NCBI GenBank assembly: GCA_963729715.1
Contig: CAVSPA010000006.1
Coordinates: 128,001 to 192,000, forward strand
DNA length: 64,000 bases
From: an uncultured delta proteobacterium
GTDB lineage: Bacteria > Desulfobacterota > Syntrophia > Syntrophales > UBA2185
Direction: 5' to 3'
Made by a program: the position numbers and the translations under genes
Shown: positions 31,693 to 40,702 of the stretch, piece after piece
Position numbering within the stretch: the stretch's first letter is position 1
How the letters are laid out: every line of letters starts with the position of its first letter
The notes under the pieces: generated by a model
Databases searched by the model: none
Seen by the model: the letters and a program-made list of their open reading frames with translations, nothing else
Told to the model about the DNA's origin: nothing

Positions 31693-32118
31693 GTGAGAAA
31701 AACAGTATTTTTTTTGGTCATTGTGGTGCTTGCGGTGTGTTTTGCGGGAACGGCTGCTTTCGCCGCGACGGAGCTCACCCTCGAGAGCGTACAGAAGATA
31801 TCTGTTGACGGGTTGAAAGCGCAGCTTGGGAATCCCGATGTCATCGTTATCGATGTGCGGACGGCCCACGACTGGGAGGGCAGCAAGACCAAGATCAGGG
31901 GGGCTGTTCGCGAGGACACCCACAATATTGCCTCCTGGATCAACAAGTATCCAAAAGAGAAAACACTCGTTTTTTATTGCAAGTGACTGAATGAAGCGAC
32001 CAGTGCCAGTGTGGCACTGCAGTTCATGGCGAAAGGATACAAGAAAGTATACGCAGTGAAAGGTGGATGGAGGGCCTGGGAGGTAGCGAAGTACCCAGTC
32101 GAACCCAAGGGGGAATAA
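31693..32118 (+). CDS. Exported rhodanese-like selenoprotein, 141 aa, Sec at TGA 31984-31986
   Basis: IDVR...LVFYCK-U-LNEATSASVA...VYAVKGGWRAW...YPVE. The rhodanese domain is complete only with read-through. Confidence 0.9.
32001..32019 (+). promoter_or_regulatory. Candidate bacterial SECIS element
   Basis: CAGTGCCA-GTG-TGGCACTG; perfect 8-bp stem; loop G at +23 from the TGA. Confidence 0.78.
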
Positions 32119-32149
32119 ATAGCTGCTTCCGAGATGCCGACCTCTGGAC

Positions 32150-32515
32150 TTATTGGATCTTCTTGAAGGTCATCTCTTTGGAGCCTGGGAGGGTCATCCG
32201 AATGGTGTCCTTCTCTATCTTTCCCACAATCACTCCCCCTGCTCTGGTGTTCACCCGCAACTCCCCCTGCTTGATGTACCACATAAAGGGGATCTCTATG
32301 AAGGTGCCCGCTACCTCATCAGAGGGCACTCTCCACAGACCATCTCCATTCGCCTTCAATTCCAGGACGCTCTCACCCTGCTTCACCGACTCTTTCCCCG
32401 CCGCTTTGTATACCCCCACGTATTTATCTTTGGACTCGCATGACAGCAGAAGCATCAGAAGCACGCAAAGACCAACCATCAATACATATCCATGATATCT
32501 TGACGTGTGCATCAT
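32150..32515 (-). CDS. Putative lipoprotein
   Basis: Hydrophobic leader ending LLLSC; beta-rich mature region. Confidence 0.7.
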   Translation of the reverse strand: MMHTSRYHGYVLMVGLCVLLMLLLSCESKDKYVGVYKAAGKESVKQGESVLELKANGDGLWRVPSDEVAGTFIEIPFMWYIKQGELRVNTRAGGVIVGKIEKDTIRMTLPGSKEMTFKKIQ

Positions 32516-32523
32516 AGGCCACC

Positions 32524-33027
32524 TTATCGCGATCCTGTAAGAGCAGCGACCCTGCCCTTCATGCTGGGCAGTAAGCCCCCCCTGCGGAAGATGAACAACC
32601 TGTCACAGAAGTAAATCTGTATCGTGAAGAGGAGCAGCACTACGTCCTCACTGACTTTCTTCCACCCAATGGGCTCCCCCACCGTATCATAACATCCACA
32701 GGTAATTGACGCTCCCCAGTACATGTTGGTCAGGACCATCGCGGTAAACATGATCAACATCAAACCGATGAGGGTCGCTGCCGCCCTCGTCCTCAGCCCG
32801 ATGATTAGAAACAGCCCGCTTACAAACTCGATCCACGGCAATAGTACAGCCCCCACATTAAGAAACCAGTACGGGATCAGTTGATAGGCTGCCACCGCTT
32901 CCGCAAACTGTGCAGGGTGAGGTATCTTGCTCACGCTCGCGTACAGAAAGAAATAGCCCACGTAAACCCTTAGAATGAGCGCCAGATACGGACTCCTCAC
33001 AATCCGCTTTAGAAATGTCCGGATCAT
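32524..33027 (-). CDS. MauE/DoxX-family redox-associated membrane protein
   Basis: LRVYVG...SKIPHP..FA...LPWIE...G..L..G and CGCY motif. Confidence 0.88.
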   Translation of the reverse strand: MIRTFLKRIVRSPYLALILRVYVGYFFLYASVSKIPHPAQFAEAVAAYQLIPYWFLNVGAVLLPWIEFVSGLFLIIGLRTRAAATLIGLMLIMFTAMVLTNMYWGASITCGCYDTVGEPIGWKKVSEDVVLLLFTIQIYFCDRLFIFRRGGLLPSMKGRVAALTGSR

Positions 33028-33950
33028 TCCTTCCCTTTCTCCTCCTCGACCGGATAGCCCTTTTTCTCCCAGGCCACCATCCCCCCCTCCAACACCTTCA
33101 CATCCTTATGCCCACGAAGAAGGAGCTTGTCTGCCAGCTCCCAATCGTAGAGTTTGCTGAATGTTCCTCCATACACAATCACCTTTTTCCCCTTCTCATC
33201 CTCTCCGTAGGCCATCATGTACACGATATCAAAAAGAGAGAGCGGTATGCTGATCGCCCCCTGGATATGCTTCTTTTCATAGAAGGCTTCAGGACCCGCA
33301 TCCACGATGAGCGCTTCCCCCTTCTTCGCCTCTTCCATCGCCTGAGTAGCGCTGATCTCGGAAATCGCTTTCCTGTCAGGAAACTTCGGAAACAGGGGTA
33401 TCCCGTTCGGGTTGGACTTATTGAATACGAGGGCAAGAATTACGCTCACCCCGATCAGTAGCAGAAAATCAAACCAGGATATCCGATGTGCCTTGTAAAG
33501 TTGCTGCGCTTCCTTCTCAATGATCTCCTCATCCCTCAGAAGCCATCCCGACATCTGCTTCACAAAGGCTAGGGAAATATGGGGAAAGTCCTTCAGAATA
33601 TGCTCAAACTGCACTTTAGAAAGCACCATCAGACAAGTCTCTTCCACCGCCTCCACGTTCGCTGATCTCACCTCCCCTGTAAGCAGGGCCATCTCGCCAA
33701 AGCTTTCCCCCGCTCCCAGCACAGATAGGTCCGTCTCCAATCCTTCAGCGTCCTTCCTGAACACCCTCACTTTTCCTGAATGAATAATGTAAAACTTGTC
33801 CCCTGGATCCCCCTGCCTGAAGATGATCGTACGCCGTGATACCACCTGCTTCTCCATAGCCCGAGTGAGCTCACCCCACTTCTCTTTGGGCAATTGCTCG
33901 AAAAGGCTGCTTCCCGTAAGTCCCTCTTTCCCGCTCTCGTTCTCGCTCAT
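33024..33950 (-). CDS. cNMP-binding domain - TM helix - rhodanese-like domain fusion
   Basis: FGEMALL..RSA cNMP motif; one [11 protein letters not shown] and LEGG..AW...GYP; active-site loop VYGG has no Cys. Confidence 0.85.
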   Translation of the reverse strand: MSENESGKEGLTGSSLFEQLPKEKWGELTRAMEKQVVSRRTIIFRQGDPGDKFYIIHSGKVRVFRKDAEGLETDLSVLGAGESFGEMALLTGEVRSANVEAVEETCLMVLSKVQFEHILKDFPHISLAFVKQMSGWLLRDEEIIEKEAQQLYKAHRISWFDFLLLIGVSVILALVFNKSNPNGIPLFPKFPDRKAISEISATQAMEEAKKGEALIVDAGPEAFYEKKHIQGAISIPLSLFDIVYMMAYGEDEKGKKVIVYGGTFSKLYDWELADKLLLRGHKDVKVLEGGMVAWEKKGYPVEEEKGKE

Positions 33951-33956
33951 GGCATT

Positions 33957-34243
33957 CTACTGCTTCTTATGGATTTCCCTTACTTCCTTCACGTGTCCAT
34001 CAATATCAAAGGTCACCTTCGTTGTCTGGTCGACGGGTTGACATCCACAGACTTCACGCCCATCATTCTCGAGAGGATAATCCTTATGGACATGAAGGAG
34101 TGACTTTAGACGCACCCCCGGAGAGCTCAACACCACTCTTCTCTCGACAACCGTCACCACTTGGCTCGTCGCAAACAGCGCAACCAATAGCGATCAGCAC
34201 GCCGAGCATCACAATCCATTTCCCTCTTGCGCCTATAAGACAT
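33957..34243 (-). pseudogene. Degenerate paralog of the HMA-like protein
   Basis: Across frameshifts: KWIVMLGVLIAIG / ERRVVLSSPG / CV-TAA-SHSFMSIRIILSRMMGVKSVDVNP / VDQTTKVTFD. Confidence 0.55.
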
Positions 34244-34492
34244 CGTTTTTTGGAATGTTTATCGTATGGCGCAGATAGTTCTGGATGTCAAACAAATTCG
34301 GTGGCTCATTGTATGTTTCGAAGACCTCAAATGGCATCACGTTCCTCTGCGGAGTCCTGGACTACTTTAGGAGTGGAACAAATCTGGAATGGCAGCTTGA
34401 CCCCCGCTACGGTAATCATTTCTCGCCATGCAGAGCTGTCCTTACCCCAAAAGATGCTTCTTCACCAAAAGATGAGAGACTGAAAGTGTCGG

Positions 34493-35617
34493 TTATATTC
34501 GTTCCCCGCACTGATTGCAGAACATGGATTTTGGCAGATTTTCGGTGCCGCACTTTGGGCACTTGAGTGACTCGGGTTTCTCTTCTACAGGGTGGCCGCA
34601 CTGCACGCAAAATTTCGCATTGGGTGGAAGATTCTTGCCGCACTGAGAACATTGCTGAAAGACAACGATCTGGTGCCCGCAATGGGGGCAGAACTTGGCT
34701 TCTTTAGATACATTTTGCTGGCAGTCGGGACAGCTGAAAATTTCCGGTGTCGAGGTCTGCTGGGTCGGTGAGCTCTTAAATGCCTCGGCGAACATGGCGG
34801 GCATCATGAAGCCCATTCCCATGCCCAGTCCGGCTCCCGCCTGTCCCTGTGACTGGGCTGCTGTCTCCATGGCCATGGCCGCCTTCATCTTCAAGAGTTT
34901 ATTGAGGTCATCAAAAATCCCGAGGCGGCTCTTATCGTCTATGGCCTTCTGAACTTCCGGCGGCGGCGTGATGGAATTGATATACAGCTGGGAGAGGCCC
35001 AAACCAAAGTGAGAAAAATCTTCTTCGAGGGCCTTTTTCAGACCGAGAGCGAGCTCATCGTATTTTGCGGGAAGGTTAAAGATGGTATCGATATGCTTTC
35101 CCATGAAATCGTTAAAGCGGGAAACGATTACACGGTTCAGGTATTCTTCAATGGCATCAGCAGTAAATACGCCCTGGGTTCCGACAAGACTGTTTATCAG
35201 GAGAATGGGCTGAAGAACCTGGATGTTAAAAACCCCGAATGCCCTGAGACGGATGAGTCCCAATTCTGAATCTCTGAAGGCGACGGGATCGCGTGTTCCC
35301 CATTTCAGATTGGGAAAGACTTTCATATTGACGAAGTAAACTTCTGCCCGCAGCGGGCTGGTCATTCCCCAGGGCAGGCTGAATATTTTTGTCAAAATTG
35401 GAATATTGGCCGTTTGTAGTGTGTGCCTGCCGGGCCCGAATGCATCATAGGCCTTGCCGTTATAGAAAAAAACCGCGGCCTGACTTTCTCGAACCGTCAT
35501 CTGTGCGCCGAACTTGATTTCACCAGATCCATTTTCGGGGATTCTATGAACCAGCTCTTTCCCCTGCTCGTCAAACCATTCGATAACTTCCAGAAATATT
35601 AGGTTGTTGGTTCCCAT
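34493..35617 (-). CDS. SPFH-domain protein with C-terminal double zinc ribbons
   Basis: VRESQAAVF, PGRHTLQTANIPIL, KWGT; three CxxC...FCxxCG repeats. Confidence 0.9.
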   Translation of the reverse strand: MGTNNLIFLEVIEWFDEQGKELVHRIPENGSGEIKFGAQMTVRESQAAVFFYNGKAYDAFGPGRHTLQTANIPILTKIFSLPWGMTSPLRAEVYFVNMKVFPNLKWGTRDPVAFRDSELGLIRLRAFGVFNIQVLQPILLINSLVGTQGVFTADAIEEYLNRVIVSRFNDFMGKHIDTIFNLPAKYDELALGLKKALEEDFSHFGLGLSQLYINSITPPPEVQKAIDDKSRLGIFDDLNKLLKMKAAMAMETAAQSQGQAGAGLGMGMGFMMPAMFAEAFKSSPTQQTSTPEIFSCPDCQQNVSKEAKFCPHCGHQIVVFQQCSQCGKNLPPNAKFCVQCGHPVEEKPESLKCPKCGTENLPKSMFCNQCGERI

Positions 35618-35980
35618 ATATGCGGTCTTTCAAGATCGTTTTTCTTATCGTCAGGGCATGTATAAAGCCTCTCATGACAAGCTGATGAGGCCGACTTTTA
35701 ACTCCAAGCATGATAGGCAAGCGCAGATACTATGTCAAGGAGAAAGCAGTACGTGTATTCAGGGTTTCCGGACCCTCCTTGACCTCTCCCGCTTTTGCCG
35801 CGATTGTTTTTCAGTCAGTAGAAAAAGCCACATCGATTATTCGGTTCGCATTTTTGCGATAGTTACAATTTTGTAATTTTTAAATTTAAATGAACAAAAT
35901 TGTTACAGATTATACCATCTAACATCAGAAACCTGATACAACAAATTAGTTAATACAGCTACTTACATAATATGACTCGG

Positions 35981-35997
35981 TTAGCATCAAAATTGCA
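35981..35997 (+). promoter_or_regulatory. Sigma54-like promoter variant upstream of amtB
   Basis: TTAGCATCAAAATTGCA versus consensus TTGGCAC-N5-TTGCA; one -24 G is replaced by A. Confidence 0.45.
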
Positions 35998-36043
35998 AAA
36001 CAATATCCTTGATATATCAAATAACCCGCGGGAGGTAAATTGT

Positions 36044-37276
36044 ATGAACTCAGGCGATACAGCATGGGTATTAGTATCGACAGCGCTGGTCTTTTTTATG
36101 GTTCCAGGATTGGCGCTTTTTTATGGGGGCATGACACGCAGGAAGAATGTCCTCTCCACCCTGATGCAATGCATCATCGTCGTGTGCCTGATAAGTGTCC
36201 AGTGGGTATTATTCGGTTACACGCTGGCGTTCGGACCCGATTCAGGCTTCGGAATACTTGGAAATCTCGACTTCATATGTCTGCGGAATGTGGGTTTCAA
36301 CCCTTTCAATGAATATTCAAAAACAATCCCCCATCTCGCGTTTATGATTTTTCAGTGCATGTTTGCCATTATTACACCCGCATTGGTCATTGGCGCATTT
36401 GCGGAGCGCATCAAATTTTCGTCTTTTTGCATTTTTTCCTTGCTGTGGGCTACTTTTGTCTACGACCCCATCGCACACTGGATTTGGGGAGCCGGTGGCT
36501 GGCTGAAAGAATTGGGAGGCCTTGATTTTGCCGGCGGTATGGTTGTTCATGGAAGCTCAGGTTTTGCCGCACTTGTCGTTTGTCTTCTGATTGGCCAGAG
36601 AGTCGGCTATCAAGAACAGCCTTTCCGGCCGCATAATCTTCCCTTTACCGTATTGGGGGCCGGCATGCTCTGGTTCGGGTGGTTCGGCTTCAACGCTGGG
36701 AGCGCTCTTGAAGCGAGCGGGTTGGCAGTTAATGCCTTTGTCAGCACCAATATTGCCGCTGCAGTTGCGGCTCTGACATGGGCAATCTGGGAGTGGCAGA
36801 AACACGGCGCACCGACCATGCTCGGTTTGGTTACCGGTATTATAGCCGGACTAGGGGCAATTACGCCGGCCTGTGGTTATGTAAGGCCTCTTGCGGCCAT
36901 ACCAATTGGAATTTTGGCAGGCGTTTTCTCTTTCCTCGCTGTAACAAAAATGAAAGCCAGACTGGGTTATGATGATTCGCTGGATGTTTTCGGCGTTCAT
37001 GGAATTTGCGGCGTATGGGGAACAATTGCAACAGGCCTCTTTGCGGAAAAAGCAATTAATGCCGCCGGAGAAAACGGCTTTCTTTTCGGCAACGCTAAAC
37101 TGCTACTCATACAGGGGCTTTATGTTGCTGTCACTATTTGTTACTCAGTCGCAGTAACCTGGATTCTGTATAAATTCGTTGATGCCTTTATGGGCATGAG
37201 GGTTGAGAAGAAGGATGAGATCATCGGCCTTGACCTGACCCAGCATCACGAATCCGCCTACACCGTTGTGGAATAA
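36044..37276 (+). CDS. amtB: Ammonium transporter
   Basis: GDTAW, PGLALFYGG, DFAGG..VH, WFGWFGFNAGS, DD..VFGVHG. Confidence 0.96.
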   Translation: MNSGDTAWVLVSTALVFFMVPGLALFYGGMTRRKNVLSTLMQCIIVVCLISVQWVLFGYTLAFGPDSGFGILGNLDFICLRNVGFNPFNEYSKTIPHLAFMIFQCMFAIITPALVIGAFAERIKFSSFCIFSLLWATFVYDPIAHWIWGAGGWLKELGGLDFAGGMVVHGSSGFAALVVCLLIGQRVGYQEQPFRPHNLPFTVLGAGMLWFGWFGFNAGSALEASGLAVNAFVSTNIAAAVAALTWAIWEWQKHGAPTMLGLVTGIIAGLGAITPACGYVRPLAAIPIGILAGVFSFLAVTKMKARLGYDDSLDVFGVHGICGVWGTIATGLFAEKAINAAGENGFLFGNAKLLLIQGLYVAVTICYSVAVTWILYKFVDAFMGMRVEKKDEIIGLDLTQHHESAYTVVE

Positions 37277-37291
37277 GGAGGGTAGTTAGCC

Positions 37292-37633
37292 ATGAAATAT
37301 ATAGTCGCGATAATACAGCCCCACAAACTGGACGAGGTGATGAAAAGCCTGGAGGATGTGGAGGTGAACTTGGTGACCGTATCGAATGTACTCGGACGCG
37401 GCAGGCAGAAGGGTTTGACGGAGATCTACCGGGGTGCGAAGGAGGTAGGGAGCCTGCTGAAGAAGATAAAGCTGGAGATAGCGTGCAACGAGGATTTTGT
37501 GGAGCCGACGGTACAGGCGATCATCAAGGGAGCACGGACGGGAGAGATCGGAGACGGGAAGATATTCGTGATTGACCTCTACGATGTTATCCGGATCCGC
37601 ACAGGCGAACGGGGCGGCAAGGCCATAGGATAA
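37292..37633 (+). CDS. glnK: P-II nitrogen regulator
   Basis: [28 protein letters not shown]; adjacent to amtB. Confidence 0.92.
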   Translation: MKYIVAIIQPHKLDEVMKSLEDVEVNLVTVSNVLGRGRQKGLTEIYRGAKEVGSLLKKIKLEIACNEDFVEPTVQAIIKGARTGEIGDGKIFVIDLYDVIRIRTGERGGKAIG

Positions 37634-37651
37634 AGGAGAGGTGCGAGAGAT

Positions 37652-39067
37652 ATGAATCTTAAAGAGCTAATGAAGTATTCCAAGGACAAGCGTCTGGAGT
37701 TTATTGATCTGAAATTCACGGACATCCCAGGATTGTGGCAGCACATCACGATACCGATCCAGCAGTTGGACGAGGACCTGGTTATCCATGGTATCGGTTT
37801 CGATGGTTCGAGCATCCGGGGGTTCCAGCCGATCAACGAGAGTGACATGCTGATCAAGCCTGATCCTGAGACCGCATTCATCGATCCTTTCATGGCGGAT
37901 CCCACGCTGAGCATGATCTGCAACGTCAAGGATCCCCTGACGCAGATACCGTATTCGCGTGACCCGCGTAACGTAGGACAGAAGGCGGAGAGGTACCTAT
38001 CGGTCTGCGGGATAGCGGATCAGGTTTTTTTCGGTCCGGAGCCCGAGTTTTACGTCTTTGATGATGTACGTTTCGAACAGACTTACAACACGGGTTTTTA
38101 CCGTGTCGATTCGAAGGAGGGATTCTGGAATACGGCAAGGGACGAGGGGCCGAATCTCGGATACAAGCCGCGCTACAAAGAAGGCTACTTTCCTGTGCCT
38201 CCCACAGACAGCCTGCAGAATCTCCGGGCGAAAATGTGCAAGGTGATGACGGAAGTGGGGATTCCTGTGATTCTCCATCACCACGAGGTTGCCACGGCGG
38301 GCCAGTGCGAGATCGGTGTGCGTATCAATAACCTTGTGGACACGGGAGACATGTTGATGAAGTACAAGTATGTGGTAAAGAACGTCGCCCTGGCGCACGG
38401 GAAGACGGTGACGTTCATGCCGAAGCCGCTCTTCATGGATAACGGTTCGGGAATGCATGTGCACCAGAGCCTCTGGAAGAACGGCAGGAACCTATTTTAT
38501 GAGCCAGGCGGATACGGAGGAATCAGCAAGCTCTGCCGCAACTATATCGGGGGCCTGCTGCATCATGCTCCATCGCTTCTGGCCTTTACGTCACCCACGA
38601 CGAATTCATACAGGAGACTCGTTCCGGGGTATGAGGCTCCGATCAACCTGGTGTACTCGCAGCGGAACCGGAGCGCATGTGTGAGGATACCGATGTATTC
38701 ACCCTCCGAGAAGGCGAAGCGTATAGAGTTTCGTTGTCCCGACTGTTCCTGCAATCCGTACCTGGCGCTTGCGGCGATGCTCATGGCGGGTCTGGACGGC
38801 ATCGAGAACGAGATCGAGCCGCCGCCGCCCATCGATGAGGATATCTATGAGCTTTCGCATGAGGAGAAGAGCCATATCAAGGCGACGCCCGGCTCCCTTT
38901 CAGAGGTGCTGGATGCGCTGGAGAAGGAGCACTCCTATCTTCTTAAAGGTGATGTCTTTACGGAGGACCTGATCCAGACGTGGATCGAGTACAAACGAAA
39001 GAGGGAGGACGACCTGATCAGGCTTCGTCCCCATCCTTACGAGTTTGCGTTGTACTACGATATTTAA
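37652..39067 (+). CDS. glnA: Glutamine synthetase type I
   Basis: FDGSSI, HHHEVA, TFMPKP...[20 protein letters not shown]. Confidence 0.97.
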   Translation: MNLKELMKYSKDKRLEFIDLKFTDIPGLWQHITIPIQQLDEDLVIHGIGFDGSSIRGFQPINESDMLIKPDPETAFIDPFMADPTLSMICNVKDPLTQIPYSRDPRNVGQKAERYLSVCGIADQVFFGPEPEFYVFDDVRFEQTYNTGFYRVDSKEGFWNTARDEGPNLGYKPRYKEGYFPVPPTDSLQNLRAKMCKVMTEVGIPVILHHHEVATAGQCEIGVRINNLVDTGDMLMKYKYVVKNVALAHGKTVTFMPKPLFMDNGSGMHVHQSLWKNGRNLFYEPGGYGGISKLCRNYIGGLLHHAPSLLAFTSPTTNSYRRLVPGYEAPINLVYSQRNRSACVRIPMYSPSEKAKRIEFRCPDCSCNPYLALAAMLMAGLDGIENEIEPPPPIDEDIYELSHEEKSHIKATPGSLSEVLDALEKEHSYLLKGDVFTEDLIQTWIEYKRKREDDLIRLRPHPYEFALYYDI

Positions 39068-39111
39068 ATGACAGGAATAAAACGATCAATATAAATTAGG
39101 AGGTTAAGGAC

Positions 39112-40383
39112 ATGGATATAGGAATGGTGAGCATTTTTATTGGCGTGCTGGTCATCATGGCAGTCATTATTTATATCAAGGCGAACATGAAGATCTGTGA
39201 GCCCAATGAGGTAATGATTTTCTCCGGCAGGCAGTTTAAGGATAAGGACAAAAAGTCGGTGGGCTACCGTGTCATCAAGGGCGGCCGGGGTTTGAAGATC
39301 CCGCTTATCGAGACGGTGCGGACGATATCGTTAAACACGATGCCCATCGAGATGGATGTAACGGGTGCGCTCACGAGGGGGACGATCCCCGTGAATGTGA
39401 AGGCCATAGCGAATATCAAGATTGCCGGCACCATGGAGGATGGTCTGGGCAATGCCATCGAGAGGTTCCTGGGTAAGAGCGCGACGGCGATAGTGACGAC
39501 GGCAAGGGAAATCCTGGAAGGAACCCTGCGTGGCATCCTGGCGACGATGGAGCCTGAGGAGGCGAATGCGAACCGGATAGCGTTGGCGCAACAAGTTGCC
39601 AGAGAGGCAAGGGAAGATATGCAGCGGCTGGGTCTGGTTCTGGATACGTTCAAGATCCAGGAGATCAAGGATGACAAGGGGTATTTAGAGGCTATCGCAC
39701 GGAAGAAGAACGCCGAGGTCCACCGGGATGCGCGGATCGTGGAGGCCGAATCGAATGCGGAGGCGAGCAAGAAGGAGTCCGAGGGCAAGAAGATTGCGGA
39801 AATTGCGGAGATCCAGGCCCGGCGGTCCGTTGTAGAGACGGAGATGAATTTCAGGGTTCAGCAGGCACAATGGAAGGCTGACGCCAATCGTGCGGAGGAG
39901 AAGGCAAAGGTGGCAGGAGACATCTCGCGCATGGAGGAGACGAAGACCCTTGAGGCTCGGCGTGTGGAGACGAACAAGCTGAAGTATCAGGCGGATGTGA
40001 TAATTCCCGCGGCAGCGGAGAAGGAAGCATTACTGATGAAAGCTGCGGGAGCGGCGGCAAGCACGTTTGAGGAAGGGAAGGCGAAGGCGGAGGCGTTAAG
40101 GCTGCTACGTGAGCAGTGGGAACACCCGAACAGCAAGGACCTGTTCATGATCCAGCTCATGCCGGAACTTGTGGGTCATGTATCGAAGGTGATTGCCTCC
40201 AATCTCAGTGTGGAAAGGCTGACTGTAGTTGATGGGGGCGGAAGTGGCAGCGGCGGCGGTATCCCCCACCTGGTAGGGAACCTGGCCGGCTCGGTCAATT
40301 CCTTCTTCGAACAGATGAAGACTATGACAGGCCTGGACCTCGCCAGGTTGATAGAAGAACACTACCAGGCGTCGTCTAAATAA
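39112..40383 (+). CDS. Flotillin-family SPFH protein
   Basis: N-terminal TM, PNEV.IFSGR, AIERFLG, LEGTLRG, EA-rich coiled coil. Confidence 0.9.
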   Translation: MDIGMVSIFIGVLVIMAVIIYIKANMKICEPNEVMIFSGRQFKDKDKKSVGYRVIKGGRGLKIPLIETVRTISLNTMPIEMDVTGALTRGTIPVNVKAIANIKIAGTMEDGLGNAIERFLGKSATAIVTTAREILEGTLRGILATMEPEEANANRIALAQQVAREAREDMQRLGLVLDTFKIQEIKDDKGYLEAIARKKNAEVHRDARIVEAESNAEASKKESEGKKIAEIAEIQARRSVVETEMNFRVQQAQWKADANRAEEKAKVAGDISRMEETKTLEARRVETNKLKYQADVIIPAAAEKEALLMKAAGAAASTFEEGKAKAEALRLLREQWEHPNSKDLFMIQLMPELVGHVSKVIASNLSVERLTVVDGGGSGSGGGIPHLVGNLAGSVNSFFEQMKTMTGLDLARLIEEHYQASSK

Positions 40384-40505
40384 AAAAACATGTCGCAAAG
40401 GCAACTGCGGCATGTCTCACATTCCCGCGAAAATTCTCCTCCCCCCGCGGGAGGGGAATGACGGGAGGTAGCGATGAAAGGTGTTTTCACTCACCTCAAC
40501 ATCTC

Positions 40506-40553
40506 CCGCGATATATTGCGCAGTAAGACTCCACGGAATAATATATGTAGCAC
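40506..40553. promoter_or_regulatory. Tandem NrdR-box-like sites
   Basis: CCGCGATATATTGCGC (40506) and ATAATATATGTAGCAC (40538), 32 bp apart; consensus acaCwAtATaTwGtgt. Confidence 0.5.
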
Positions 40554-40702
40554 CTTCCATTTTATTTCTTCTGTCCATCTATTCTCATGCGGCGGGGCGG
40601 GGAGCCTGCGATAGGGTTTTTCCTTATTGTCCCCCTCCCGCTTTTCACCGATTAGTAAAACTGGGTTTGATATTTACGAGGGAATATTGTAAACCTTTGT
40701 CC

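Noticed and set aside
40435..40505. GC-rich palindromic stretch as an ncRNA
   Set aside because: Looks like a degenerate REP-like intergenic repeat; only one copy seen here.
40481..40702. N-terminal extension of the HD ORF in the track
   Set aside because: Not protein-like and overlaps promoter-like and NrdR-like sequence; ATG 40703 preferred.
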